Origin: Candidatus Marinacidobacterales bacterium
GTDB taxonomy: Bacteria > Acidobacteriota > Vicinamibacteria > Marinacidobacterales > DATDRI01
Direction: 5' to 3'
Assembly: GCA_965219415.1 (NCBI GenBank)
Contig: CBDCNP010000001.1
Span: 220,251 to 284,250 of the forward strand
DNA length: 64,000 bases
Of the stretch, positions 9,729 through 20,250 are shown piece by piece. A model generated the notes under the pieces. It had not been told where the DNA came from and did not search any database. It was given only the letters and a program-made list of their open reading frames with translations. Both the position numbers and the translations under genes were made by a program. Every line of letters begins with the position of its first letter. Within the stretch, counting starts at the first letter, position 1.

Positions 9729-12012
9729 TCTTTTTCTTCTTACCTTCCATGTACTGCAGATAGCCCACGCCGCCGAGATAGCGCCCCAAGTCTTCGGGGA
9801 CCAGCGCACCTTCCGGCTGCGGTGCTCCGGCTCGAAGGTGCTCTTGTTCTCGGAGCCAATGAAATATCCTTTGACGCCAGAATCCAGATGAGACTCTTCG
9901 TTCGGCGGCTATATTGACCTGCTCTCCCGGATCGCTCGAGCGATCGTAGAGCTCCTCGGCCCCGGTTCGACTGTCCCAGATAAACTTGTCGCGGCGATCT
10001 TGAACCGAATAGCGCGGCTTGTTCCACAAGGTCCGCGAGAAGGCGGAGCGTGGAGGAAGACTCTCTCCATACAGAAGCGGCGCAATACTCCGACCCTGCA
10101 TTTCCTCCACCGCAGGCCCCTCACCCAACCCGACCAGCGCCAAGATCGTGGGGGCCAAGTCGATGAGCTCCACGACTTGCGACACCCTTTGCGCTGCAAC
10201 TCCCGGCACCCGCATCGTTAGCGGAACCCTGACGCTTTCATCGTAGAGCTGCGTGTTATGACCGATGAAGCGGTGCTCGAACAAGGCCTCGCCATGGTCG
10301 GCGGTCAGAATGACGATGGTGCGCTCGGAAAGCCCGAGTGAATCCAACTCTGCGAGAATCTTTCCGACGAGATGATCCGCGAAAGCCATGTTTCCATCGT
10401 AGAGGGCGCGTATGCGTGAGAGCACTTGGGCCGGGACTTCCTCGTCGCGGGCCGCGGCGTCGTTGAAGACGTTTACCTGTTCCCACTCGCTGATCCCTTC
10501 TGGAAAAAGGTCGCCAGGACCGAAGCGTGTATCGAACGGCGGCGGCGGATCATAAGGAAAGTGGGGCTCGCGAAAATGCACGTAGGCGAAAAAACGTCGC
10601 TCCGCGTTCTCCTGCAACCAGCTTGAAAAAGATTGCAGCACGGAGTCCCCGTGTCCGGTGTAATCTTCGCGCTCCCGCGCCAGCTGGAACTCCTGGTATC
10701 CCCGATCCAACCCGAAGGTCGACGATACGACGGCGTTGCCCGAGAAACCGGCGGAGGCGAAACCCTCGAGAGTCAGAAGACCGGGCAACGTCACGGCGGA
10801 CGCCGGAAGCCGATCGGCGAAGGAGACGCTCTGGTGTCTTTCGGGATATTGACCGGTTAACAGCGAGCCAATCGACGCGATGGTGTAAACCGCTTGGCTC
10901 ACGGCGTTGTCGAAAACCACGCTCTCGGCGGCGAGCCTCTCGATCTCGGGCGTGGTTGGCTTTTCGTAACCATAGGCACTCATGCGGACGGCGCTCGCGC
11001 CGTCGAGGACGATGAGAAGGACATTGAGCTCTTCGGGGAGCTCGTCGGGGATTTGCGCGTGAGACGGGGCGGGAGGCTCGGCGCGCGCATAAGTGAGGAC
11101 GGGCCTCGCAAAGAGATCGGCCGACTCCGCGCGCAGTGAAATCTCCACCCGTTCACCGCTCAAAGAATCGAGCGCCAGCTCACGGCTAATGACTTCGCCA
11201 CTGGGGGCCGTCGCTTCCGCAAGATCTTCGATTTCGCTCTCGCTATCCGTGGACCGCACGTGAATGCGAAGCCTCGCACCCGCGGGAGCCAAGAGACGCT
11301 GAGGCTCGTGAGCCCCTACATCGACCGCGAGGCGCGCCTCCTCGGGAACTCGCAAGAAGTAAGAGAGTCGCCCTCCTGCAGGCAAGTACACTCCGGGAGA
11401 TTCCGAGTGAGGCTCGACCAAGGCGAAAGGCCCCGGCTTGCCCTCGACCGGCGGCGTCCCAGGTGGAGGCACATCGAAACGATAGAAGGCTACAGCAAGC
11501 TCGCGCCGATCTTGACTATCCTCACCCGTATCCCTGGGAGAGCGTGCGTAGCGGAATCGAATCTCCATCGTGTTCTCGCCCTCGACCAGAGCGAGCTCGA
11601 GGGGATAGCGGCTTCTTCCCTCGCGTAGGTGGAGGGTGGGTAGCACCCGACCGTTGTGGGCGATCTCGAGAATCTGCGCCGGTGCTCCCGGGAAGCGGTG
11701 CGGCTGACATTCGACCCACGCCAGGCGCTCCCCCGAAGTGTCGCTCTCGAAACGAAAGGATGCCTGGTCGCCGACCGCCCAGCGAAACGCGTTGCCGTCC
11801 GGCGCCGTCTCCCCGAAGGACCACCCGTCACCGAGAAGTGGAATCGCGGAGGGGGCGCCGAACTCGACGAGGATGCCTTTCCAGTCCTTCGAAGCCACCG
11901 GCGTCTCCCTGACGAGAGCAAGGGTGGCGCAGGTCACATCATCGGAACTCTGACATCCGACGAAAGCCAACAACACCGCGACCCAGACCGCGTGGCGTCC
12001 GGGTTGGTTCAC
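9721..12012 (-). CDS. Sulfatase-like putative lipoprotein
   Basis: Lipobox FVGC; NVLLIVLDG, EPHFPY, TADHGE. Confidence 0.85.
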   Translation of the reverse strand: MNQPGRHAVWVAVLLAFVGCQSSDDVTCATLALVRETPVASKDWKGILVEFGAPSAIPLLGDGWSFGETAPDGNAFRWAVGDQASFRFESDTSGERLAWVECQPHRFPGAPAQILEIAHNGRVLPTLHLREGRSRYPLELALVEGENTMEIRFRYARSPRDTGEDSQDRRELAVAFYRFDVPPPGTPPVEGKPGPFALVEPHSESPGVYLPAGGRLSYFLRVPEEARLAVDVGAHEPQRLLAPAGARLRIHVRSTDSESEIEDLAEATAPSGEVISRELALDSLSGERVEISLRAESADLFARPVLTYARAEPPAPSHAQIPDELPEELNVLLIVLDGASAVRMSAYGYEKPTTPEIERLAAESVVFDNAVSQAVYTIASIGSLLTGQYPERHQSVSFADRLPASAVTLPGLLTLEGFASAGFSGNAVVSSTFGLDRGYQEFQLAREREDYTGHGDSVLQSFSSWLQENAERRFFAYVHFREPHFPYDPPPPFDTRFGPGDLFPEGISEWEQVNVFNDAAARDEEVPAQVLSRIRALYDGNMAFADHLVGKILAELDSLGLSERTIVILTADHGEALFEHRFIGHNTQLYDESVRVPLTMRVPGVAAQRVSQVVELIDLAPTILALVGLGEGPAVEEMQGRSIAPLLYGESLPPRSAFSRTLWNKPRYSVQDRRDKFIWDSRTGAEELYDRSSDPGEQVNIAAERRVSSGFWRQRIFHWLREQEHLRAGAPQPEGALVPEDLGRYLGGVGYLQYMEGKKKKND

Positions 12013-12014
12013 GC

Positions 12015-12410
12015 TTATCGGACCTTGCTTCCAGGAGGAACGCTTTCGTCGAAGGTCGCGAGGATAGGTTTTCCGTCCGGCGGTTGCGCCGCCAGGAGCA
12101 TGCCGTCGGATTCGACCCCCCGAAGGCGGGCCGGCTTGAGGTTGGCCACCACGATAATCGTGCGTCCCACGAGCGATTCCGGTTGGTAGACCTCGGCGAT
12201 ACCGGCAACGAGCTGCCGCTTCTCGCCACCCAGATCCACGATGAATTTCAAAAGCCGCGTGGTCCCGGGGACCGCTTCCGCTTCGAGAACCTTCGCCACC
12301 CGAAGGTCTAAGCGGCCGAACTCGTCAATAGAGATCTTCTCCGGGGAGCTTTTCTGCGGCGAGGCCGGGCTAGCCGCCGCGGGTTTCGAGTCGTTATTAG
12401 TTTCGCTCAT
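12015..12410 (-). CDS. Stand-alone MetG C-terminal/Trbp tRNA-binding OB-fold protein
   Basis: DLRVAKV, RQLVAGI, NLKPARLRGVESDGMLLAA. Confidence 0.9.
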   Translation of the reverse strand: MSETNNDSKPAAASPASPQKSSPEKISIDEFGRLDLRVAKVLEAEAVPGTTRLLKFIVDLGGEKRQLVAGIAEVYQPESLVGRTIIVVANLKPARLRGVESDGMLLAAQPPDGKPILATFDESVPPGSKVR

Positions 12411-12428
12411 GCCTTTTCCTCTGCCTTG

Positions 12429-13619
12429 TTACTTCTTCGAGCGTCCCTCCTGCCAGGCTGATAGGGCGGCGTGCTGCACTTCCTTGAGCGAAACACGCTT
12501 TCGAGATGCGATGCGCCGGCAGTCTTCGAACTCGGGGGCCACGTTCAAAACACGGCCACCCCTCAACCCCAGCTTGACCGCTACTTTCCCAAACCGGGTC
12601 GACACTTGCACTACCTTGCGCTCGAGCACTTGCCTCTCGACCTCATGACACCGCAGACCCAGAGTCGTGCTCTCAGAGAACAGAATCCCCGCCATCTCTT
12701 CCCGGAGGTTCGTCGGCGCGATGACCGTGACGTTCACCCCAGGGCGACTCTTCTTCATGGTCGCCGGGGTGAAAAAGACGTCGAGCGCCCCGGCTCCGAG
12801 CAATCTCTCGAGCAGATAGCCGGCAAGCTCAGGGCTCATGTCGTCGATAGTGGCCTCCATGACCAGCACCGTCTGGTCGGGACCCCTCCTCCCAGCGGTC
12901 TCGCCCAAGACCAGCCTTAGTGCATTGGGCCGTCCATCTCGCGGATCCTTCGTCCCCAGTCCGTAGCCGATTTGTTTCAAGGTCATCGCCGGCCAGGGAC
13001 CGTATCGCCCCGCTAGCGACGTGACCAGAAGGGCTCCGGTGGGAGTGGTTCGCTCGAAGCTCGAGTCATCCGAAAAAACCGGCGCGCCGCGGAGCAGCAA
13101 AGCGGTCGCAGGCGCAGGGACCGACATCCGCCCGTGCTCGATGACCAACTCTCCTCCCCCGACGTTGACCGGTGAGCTCTCTACGGTCTTGATATCGAGG
13201 AGCTCCAGACCGATGAGCGTCCCGACCACGTCGATGAGAGTATCGAGCGAACCGAGCTCGTGAAGGTGGAGCTTGTCGATCCTCTTCCCATGAACCCGCG
13301 CCTCGGCGGCGTAGATGCGACGGATGAGATCGATTCCACGCTCCTTGAGCTCCGACGAGAGTCGGCTCGCCTCTAGGATCTCGGAGAATTCGGAGAAATG
13401 ACGGTGCCCTTTGTCTCCTGGCGTCAGGACTTGGACACGAGTCCCCCGGATCCCTTGCCGCGTCGCCTTAGATGCCTTGAGCTGAAATCGCCCCGTGCGA
13501 AGCTTCTTGAGCTCCGCGGTCAACTTCGCGAGCGGCAAACCGAGATCGACCAGCGCACCGAGAGTCATGTCGCCGCTCACTCCCGCCGAGCAATCGAAGT
13601 AGAGGATTCGCTCCGCCAC
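12429..13619 (-). CDS. larC: Nickel-pincer cofactor nickel insertase LarC
   Basis: YFDCSAGVSGDM, HLHELG, PAPAT, TTPTGA, MKKSRPG, PEFEDC. Confidence 0.93.
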   Translation of the reverse strand: MAERILYFDCSAGVSGDMTLGALVDLGLPLAKLTAELKKLRTGRFQLKASKATRQGIRGTRVQVLTPGDKGHRHFSEFSEILEASRLSSELKERGIDLIRRIYAAEARVHGKRIDKLHLHELGSLDTLIDVVGTLIGLELLDIKTVESSPVNVGGGELVIEHGRMSVPAPATALLLRGAPVFSDDSSFERTTPTGALLVTSLAGRYGPWPAMTLKQIGYGLGTKDPRDGRPNALRLVLGETAGRRGPDQTVLVMEATIDDMSPELAGYLLERLLGAGALDVFFTPATMKKSRPGVNVTVIAPTNLREEMAGILFSESTTLGLRCHEVERQVLERKVVQVSTRFGKVAVKLGLRGGRVLNVAPEFEDCRRIASRKRVSLKEVQHAALSAWQEGRSKK

Positions 13620-13622
13620 CGG

Positions 13623-14296
13623 TTAGAGATTTCCCTTCTCTTTGAGACTCGTGAAGCGCCCTTGTCCAAGAATCACGTGGTCGAGAACCTCGATACCCAT
13701 GATGCTGCCCGCCTTCTTGAGCCTTCGGGTCAGGTCAGCGCGAGATCTTCATTCGATGGCGTGGGATCACCCGACGGATGGTTATGAAACAAAATCAAAC
13801 CCGCGGCCTGAAGTGCCACCGCCTCCCTGAAGACCTCGCGGGGGTGGACCAGGCTGCCGTTGAGGCTTCCCCGAGAGATGACTTCGAGACGCTTCAAGCG
13901 GTTCCGCGTATCGAGTACCAGCACGCCGAACTCTTCCACCGGCTTGGCCCCGAATCGAGGCAAGAGATATCTCCCCGCGTCGTCCGGAGTACAGAAGATA
14001 GGACGGCGCTCGGGCGGTTCGGCGATTGTGCGCCTTCCCAACTCGAGCGCCGCCACTAGTCGAGCCGTGCGCGCCGATTTGAGTCCTCTTAATCTCGTCA
14101 AGCTGTCCGGGGTCGACCGGGCAAGCCCCTCTAGTCCGCCGGTAGAAGACAAGATCTGGTTGGCAAGCTCGAGCGCGAAAAGATTTCGGGTGCCGGTTCC
14201 TAGAACCACGGCCACGAGCTCGTTGGTCCCTAGTACTTCGGCGCCTCGCGCGAGGAGCTTTTCCCGCGGGCGATCTTCCGGTGCTAGCCCGTTCAT
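13623..14296 (-). CDS. radC: RadC/JAB-domain protein, frameshift near 13730
   Basis: [20 protein letters not shown]; C-terminus ([11 protein letters not shown]...KGNL*) continues in another frame after a GGTCA duplication. Confidence 0.9.
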
Positions 14297-14308
14297 AGCA
14301 AACTCGGC

Positions 14309-15055
14309 TTAGCCGATCCCCGCCGCTTGCATGAGCTCTGGAAGACGAACCGCCGAGGGACCGAGCAGGGTCACATCAGCCATCGAGCTCAAGGGCGTTT
14401 CCTCCATATTCACTTCGATCACCATAGCGCCCGCTTGCTTCGCCACCACCGGTAGGGAAGCCGCGGGATGTACCAAGGCCGAGGTCCCAACGACCAGTAC
14501 CGCGTCGCTGCTGGACATCGCGCTCACCGAACGACTGAGAGGCTCTTGGGGCAACATCTCCCCAAACCAAACGACGTCGGGCCGGAGCAAGCTGCCACAA
14601 GTACATCGCGGAGGGAGCTCGGGCAAGGGCACCCGGAAATCCTCGGCGTTGTGCGAGCAGCTCGTGCAACGAAGCCGCCAAACGTTGCCGTGAAGCTCCT
14701 GCACGTTACGGCTTCCCGCGGCACGGTGCAGCCCGTCGACGTTCTGGGTCACGAGCGTGAACTCGTTCACGCTTTGCTCGAGTCTCACCAAGGCGTCGTG
14801 CCCGGTGTTCGGTTTGCAGGCCGCCAACTTTTGTCGCCTCCAGTCATACCACTCCCAACTCATCTTGGGATCGCGCGCGAAGGCCTCCGGCGTGGCCAGT
14901 TCCTCCGGCCGGTGCTTTTTCCAAAGACCCTGAGGGCCTCGGAACGTCGGCACCCCGCTCTCCGCCGAGACGCCGGCACCGGTCAATACGCTGACCCGCT
15001 CGGCGGCGGCGAGCCTCTTCGCCGATTCCCGGACCGCTTGCTCATCATGTTGCAC
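14309..15055 (-). CDS. cobB: NAD-dependent protein deacylase (sirtuin)
   Basis: GAGVSAESGVPTFRG, TQNVDGLH, CxxC...CxC, RPDVVWFGE. Confidence 0.95.
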   Translation of the reverse strand: MQHDEQAVRESAKRLAAAERVSVLTGAGVSAESGVPTFRGPQGLWKKHRPEELATPEAFARDPKMSWEWYDWRRQKLAACKPNTGHDALVRLEQSVNEFTLVTQNVDGLHRAAGSRNVQELHGNVWRLRCTSCSHNAEDFRVPLPELPPRCTCGSLLRPDVVWFGEMLPQEPLSRSVSAMSSSDAVLVVGTSALVHPAASLPVVAKQAGAMVIEVNMEETPLSSMADVTLLGPSAVRLPELMQAAGIG

Positions 15056-15560
15056 CGTCAGAGTTTATTCCAGCCCCTCCATCGAGGCAACGAAGCCTCT
15101 TAGTATGGACGAAAAACAAGCCTCACCTCCGCCGTCGAGCGGCCACTTTGTCCCGAAAGCAGTGGATTCGACCCGTGGCCCGAGAAGGGAGAAATGTCTC
15201 CAAAAGAAGCCGTCATGTCCTTCATAGGATTGGGAGAAAGCGGCCGCACCGACACTTCCGAGCGGCACGACGACGCGCTCGACGAAGCCTTCCACTGACG
15301 AGGAAGCTGACAATCCTGCCCCGGCTGAGAAGCGTCCAAGTCGGCGAGATGCCATAGGGAGAGCCTGCCCCGAAACTACGTCGCGGAAGCATAGGGAGTG
15401 GGCGTATATACCAGAGCTTCGGCTGTAGCCGATTAGTGACGCAAAGCCCGTAGAGCAAGTATCTTTTTATCAATAAGTTAAGGGGGCGTACCCGGTTCCG
15501 AGGGATCCGTTTTTTTGTCTAAACCATTTGTTTTCAATCAGTTAAAGTACACACTCGGAC

Positions 15561-15589
15561 TTGACTTTCACCTAATCTACTCCTATATT
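15561..15589 (+). promoter_or_regulatory. Sigma70-like promoter
   Basis: TTGACT-17 nt-TATATT upstream of AAGGAG RBS and ATG 15638. Confidence 0.65.
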
Positions 15590-15637
15590 GAGACTGAGGT
15601 TCTTGCAATAAGCCATTCATTCTAAAAGGAGTTTGCC

Positions 15638-15910
15638 ATGTCCTTGCCTGCCGAAGCCGCTCTCGAAATGAAGAAAGGTCTTCCCGCGAACGAAGTCGAT
15701 CGACGTCTCGTCGCCGCCGCCCGTGTGCACCGCCGCGTGGAATCGGTCCTCTGCTTCTATCTCCAGGAGGTCGGGAACCGCGTTCTTTACCGGAAGTACG
15801 GGTTCGCGTCAACGGTGGACTACGCGCGCGAGCGGTTAGGATTCGAGGACCGCAAGACCCGCTCCCTGGTGAAGATGGCGGAACGTTTCGAAGAGCTGCC
15901 AAAGTTGAAA
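15638..15910 (+). pseudogene. N-terminal fragment of DUF222/HNH endonuclease-type protein
   Basis: LYRKYGFASTVDYARERLG..L.ELPKL resembles N-termini of HNH proteins; sequence after 15910 is antisense cpdB. Confidence 0.6.
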
Positions 15911-17242
15911 CATGTCGAAGTTGTATGCGCGCACCAGAGGATCGACTTCGATCAGGAGCCGGCCGGTCTCGGCGTCGAGCACGGCGTGCTTGTAGTAACG
16001 GGCCGAGTGCTCGAGAACCTCTTTCACGTCCCGTCCCGTCACTTTCAGAACCACCAGCGTGTTGTCGTACGGATAAAAGGACAAGAGCTGCTGCACGGTT
16101 ACCGGCCCCGCCGGGATTCCTTCGAAACGATAGGGTAATAGTGCGGCTAGAGATAATTGTGCTCCGCTTTCCTCGAGCATGACTTGCTGGAGGAGATCCA
16201 TCAGCGCGGTATCTCGAAAACGTGCGCGCTCCGCGCTGAACGGGTCGACCGCCTCGCCGATGACGCCACTGATATAAGCCATCGTCCTTTCGTGATAGGG
16301 CCGACCGAGCTCTAGCACTTTCTCGTCGGACTCGAACTCCGATGCCGAGAGGAGCTCCCCCTCCCAGCGGCTTACCCGCAGCTTTCCAGAAGAGTCTTTC
16401 TCGAAGTGCAGATCGACACGGCACAGTGAATCTCCCCAGCGGCCCGGCTCACAGAGGATCACTCCGTTCAGCTCTTGCGGTGGGACCTTCCGGTGGGCAT
16501 GGCCCATGAGGATCACGTCGATACCCGGGACTTCCTTCGTCAACCGATAGACTTGGTTCTCATACTCCGACTTGTTGGACTCGCCGTTTACGAGGTCGCG
16601 TTCGAGCGCTTGATGGGTCACGACCACGACGACATCGACGTTCTCCTTTTCTCGCAAGATCGGGACATAGCGCTTGCTTGTTTCCACAGTGTCCAAGAAT
16701 TTTATGCCGGCATAGTGCTCAGGCGTCTCCCAAGTTGGGACGGCGCGCGTCGTCAGCCCCAGGATTCCTACTTTGACGCCGTTCAACTCCTTAACGAGAT
16801 AGGGCTCGAAGAACGGCTCTCCCTCTTCGGTCACAACATTGGCCGAGACCCAAGGGAAAGAGGCGTCGTGCCTTGCGCGCTCGATAGCCTCGAGACCAAA
16901 ATTGAACTCATGGTTGCCAACCGTCATCGCGTCGAAACCGACCCGGTTCATGGCCAGCATGGTCGGCTCGGATGGACCCGGGTGCTTCCGTTGATGAACG
17001 TAGGCAAGGGTCGATCCTTGGATGGTGTCGCCGGCATCGAGCAAGATTACCGGTCGTCCTTCCGCGCGAACGGAGGCGACCATCGTCGCAACTCTGGCCA
17101 CTCCGATGCCCGCAGGTCGATTTCGGAAGTAATCGAAGGGGTAGATGTACCCATGCAGGTCGGACGTCTGAAGCAAGGTGATTTGCTGGGCGTATAGGGG
17201 AGCGGTGAGGAAAACTAGGGCCACGGTAGCCGTTCGCATCAT
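15905..17242 (-). pseudogene. CpdB-like 2',3'-cyclic phosphodiesterase/5'-nucleotidase, C-terminally truncated
   Basis: Signal peptide; TSDLHG, DAGD, GNHEFN, GHAH; homology stops after YNFDMFQ. Confidence 0.85.
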
Positions 17243-17299
17243 CGTCCTTAAGTAATACCCCTCTTCCGGCCACCATGCTAGCATCTGCTCGATTCAATC

Positions 17300-18265
17300 A
17301 TGAAGTACCGACGCCTTGGAAGGACCAACCTCCGGGTCTCCGAAATCGGTTTCGGGGCCTGGGCCATCGGCGGTCCGGTCGACGTGGCGGGGAAACCCTT
17401 CGGCTGGGGTCCGGCGGACGAAACGCAATCGACCACTGCCATCCGGCGGGCGCTCGATCTGGGAGTCAATTTTTTCGACACCGCCGACGTCTACGGTCTC
17501 GGCCGCAGCGAAGAAATCCTGGGACGCGTCCTCAAAAGCCGAGACGTCATCATCGCCACCAAAGCCGGCAACATCCGAAACGAGTCGGGGCAAGCGGGCA
17601 AAGATTTCAGCCAGGACTATCTGCTCGCGGCGGTGGAGGGAAGCTTGAAGCGGCTGCGGCGGGAGACCCTCGACCTCTTCCAGCTCCACAACCCTTCCGC
17701 GGAGGAGCTGCGGCGGGGAGATTGTCTCGAAACCTTGGAACAGATTCGGCAAACCGGCAAAGTTCGCCATACCGGCGTCTCCATCAATAACCCGGAAGAA
17801 GGGCTAGCGGTGCTCAACGGTCCCCTTCCGGTGGATAGCCTTCAGCTTGTCTACAACTTGCTCAAGACCCAGATGGCGGAACGCGTGCTTCCGCTGGCTC
17901 TCGAGGAAGATGTGGGGGTCATCGCGCGAGTGCCGTTTCAGTACGGTCTGCTAACCGGGAAATTCGATCGTGACGTTCGCTTTCGAAAAGACGACCATCG
18001 AAGCTGGACCCTTGCCCCAGAGCTCATCCAGAAAGGCGTCGGCTTGCTCGAAGCGCTTTCCCCCCACCTCGAGCAGCACAACGTAACGGCAGCCCAGCAC
18101 GCTCTGAAATTCGTCCTCGCCCATCCGGCCGTGTCGCTCACCATTCCCGGCGCACGCACACCGGACCAGGTCGAGGTGAACGCCTCGGCCTCCGATGGAA
18201 CTCCCCTGGCACCGTCACTGCTGCGCGCGACCGCAGAAGCGCAGCAGCCCAAAACACCTAGCTAG
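17300..18265 (+). CDS. Aldo/keto reductase
   Basis: GFGAW, FDTADVYG, IATK, LFQLHNP, IPGART. Confidence 0.95.
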   Translation: MKYRRLGRTNLRVSEIGFGAWAIGGPVDVAGKPFGWGPADETQSTTAIRRALDLGVNFFDTADVYGLGRSEEILGRVLKSRDVIIATKAGNIRNESGQAGKDFSQDYLLAAVEGSLKRLRRETLDLFQLHNPSAEELRRGDCLETLEQIRQTGKVRHTGVSINNPEEGLAVLNGPLPVDSLQLVYNLLKTQMAERVLPLALEEDVGVIARVPFQYGLLTGKFDRDVRFRKDDHRSWTLAPELIQKGVGLLEALSPHLEQHNVTAAQHALKFVLAHPAVSLTIPGARTPDQVEVNASASDGTPLAPSLLRATAEAQQPKTPS

Positions 18266-18348
18266 AGCCCGGTTTGCACCCGCAGTCTGAATTGGGCTAG
18301 ATTCATCCCAGCTTCCTTGCCCTAGACTTCCTAAGACTCGGTAGCCAT

Positions 18349-18618
18349 ATGTCCGAAAACGACGCCCCTAAGGAGTTGGCCGCCGGGGAAACCCTCGCTC
18401 TAACGTTGCTGGTGATCGTAGTGGGAGGCCTCCTCTTCGCCGCGTTTTCATTCGTTACCTTTGGAGTGCCCCTGCTGGTCGTTGCCATCGCGGGCATCAT
18501 TTGGATGTACGTCGGCATCATGAAGTGGGTCGATCGCGCTCTGACGAAGCGGACCGCTTCTCGGGCGTCTCCTCCCGAGGGAGCCGGCGGGGCAGGAGGG
18601 GGCGGCGACTCTCCGTGA
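18349..18618 (+). CDS. Small two-TM membrane protein
   Basis: Two hydrophobic helices; GTGA overlap with next gene. Confidence 0.55.
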   Translation: MSENDAPKELAAGETLALTLLVIVVGGLLFAAFSFVTFGVPLLVVAIAGIIWMYVGIMKWVDRALTKRTASRASPPEGAGGAGGGGDSP

Positions 18619-19049
18619 GCCTCAAGGAAATTCTTTCGGGACGGCCCAAGATCATCGCCCGGTCCCGAACCGGCAAGTGCTTCAAGGGCTACCTCCGGGA
18701 CGGCCGATTCCTATCCCGAGGCCGGCTGCGCATGACCATTCTCGAAGGCGAAGAGCTGCCGGTGGATCTCAGTCAGCTGAAGGGTGTGTTCTTCGTGCGT
18801 GATTTCAAGGGCAACGAGAACTACCTGGAGACCAAGATCTTGACCACCGATCCCGATGAACCAGGCTTGAGGGTAAGGCTACGGTTCGAAGACAACGAGA
18901 CGATGGAAGGTATCGTCGAGAACGGTCTCGATCTAATCCAGGCGTCCGGCTTCTTCTTTTGGCCCGCCGATCCCGAGGCCAACAACAGCTTGATCTTCGT
19001 GGTTTCGTCGGCCTTGTTGGGTTTCCGAGTCATCGGCGTCAAGGGTTGA
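18615..19049 (+). CDS. Hypothetical protein (DUF6982-like)
   Basis: LKGVFFVRDF.G, RLRFEDNETMEG, GFFFWPADP..NN; GTG start overlapping the upstream stop. Confidence 0.75.
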   Translation: MSLKEILSGRPKIIARSRTGKCFKGYLRDGRFLSRGRLRMTILEGEELPVDLSQLKGVFFVRDFKGNENYLETKILTTDPDEPGLRVRLRFEDNETMEGIVENGLDLIQASGFFFWPADPEANNSLIFVVSSALLGFRVIGVKG

Positions 19050-19822
19050 GAATCCGAATCTACCTCCTTGTCTTCCTTGGGGGGCTTATCGGGCCCTTCT
19101 GGCTCTTTGCCATAAGTTGTTCCAAGGCTGCTCACATGGAAGACCTTCGGGTACCGGAAACCGTTCCACCGGCGGCATGCGTTGTGGTGGGGTTCTTGGG
19201 TGGTCACGATGCCCGGGACGACGCCACCAAAGGGGTCCGTCAGTTGGCCCTCCGACTGCGAGAGCCGGGGCACATTTACACCGAAACGTTCTCCAACCAA
19301 AGCCGGAAGCTGGCGGAAGCGTATCTCTTCGCGATACTGGACCGGAACGGCGACGGGACCATTGGCATCGACGAGCGCCGGACCCTCGTCGTTTACGGGC
19401 AAAGTTATGGCGGGGCGGCGGTCGTCAAGTTCGCGTGGCGCCTCGCGCACCTCCAGGTGCCCATCCACCTGACCGTCCAGATCGATAGCGTGGGGACGGA
19501 CGATGCTCGCATCCCTCCCAACGTGACGTTCGCCGCCAATCTGTACCAGAAAAACGGTTGGATCATCGCCGGTGAGAACCCAATCCGTCCCGTTGACCCC
19601 TCTCGAACCGGGATCCTCGGCAATTGGTTGTTCGATTACGATTCTCCTCCCGGCTCCGAGATCAACATCGACGATTTGTCCTTTTGGAAGAAGCTCATGA
19701 GGGTTGCCCACGCCAAAATGGATCGCGACCCGAGGGTCTGGAAGCTCACCGAAGGCGTGATTCGCGAAGCCTGCAGGATGGGGCGGTTGGAGACTATAGG
19801 ATTCGGGCTGACCGAGCCATAA
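19046..19822 (+). CDS. Exported alpha/beta-hydrolase-like protein
   Basis: GQSYGG nucleophile elbow, QIDSVG; TTG start overlapping the upstream stop. Confidence 0.7.
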   Translation: MRIRIYLLVFLGGLIGPFWLFAISCSKAAHMEDLRVPETVPPAACVVVGFLGGHDARDDATKGVRQLALRLREPGHIYTETFSNQSRKLAEAYLFAILDRNGDGTIGIDERRTLVVYGQSYGGAAVVKFAWRLAHLQVPIHLTVQIDSVGTDDARIPPNVTFAANLYQKNGWIIAGENPIRPVDPSRTGILGNWLFDYDSPPGSEINIDDLSFWKKLMRVAHAKMDRDPRVWKLTEGVIREACRMGRLETIGFGLTEP

Positions 19823-19880
19823 CCACGCCCCCCTTTATTAAAAGGACCCTACTTAAATGGGGAAGCGGGAGGAAAAGAGC

Positions 19881-20243
19881 ATGAAAAAGCCCAAGGTGTT
19901 ACGACTTCGACCCGACGGTCCCATGAAGGAAGTGCTCGAGGGCTCGGCGTCGATGAAACACGCCTTGCTCGACAAGATGAGCATTGCTCTCTTCAAGGTC
20001 CCCAAAGGCAAAGGCAGCCAGATTCCCGAGCATTTCCACCGACACGCGGAAGAGATCGGAATCCAGTTGAAGGGGACGGCGAAGGTCTTCGCGGGCGGCG
20101 AGGAGTACGTGGTCAAGGAGGGGGAGGCCATCATCATTCCAGCGGGAGTCGAGCACACGGGGATTTTCAGTGACGATGAGGAGTGCTGGCTCCTCGCGAT
20201 CGCGAGCCCGCCGCGCACCGATTATGGCCCGCCCAACTGGTAA
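19881..20243 (+). CDS. Cupin domain protein
   Basis: PEHFHRHAEE and IIPAGVEH cupin motifs. Confidence 0.9.
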   Translation: MKKPKVLRLRPDGPMKEVLEGSASMKHALLDKMSIALFKVPKGKGSQIPEHFHRHAEEIGIQLKGTAKVFAGGEEYVVKEGEAIIIPAGVEHTGIFSDDEECWLLAIASPPRTDYGPPNW

Positions 20244-20250
20244 GTCGGAC

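Noticed and set aside
12429-13619. larC without larA/larB/larE
   Set aside because: lar genes are commonly dispersed; the window is too small to infer novelty
15065-15355. 96-aa minus-strand ORF upstream of cobB
   Set aside because: No recognisable motif or typical composition; cannot be supported as a gene
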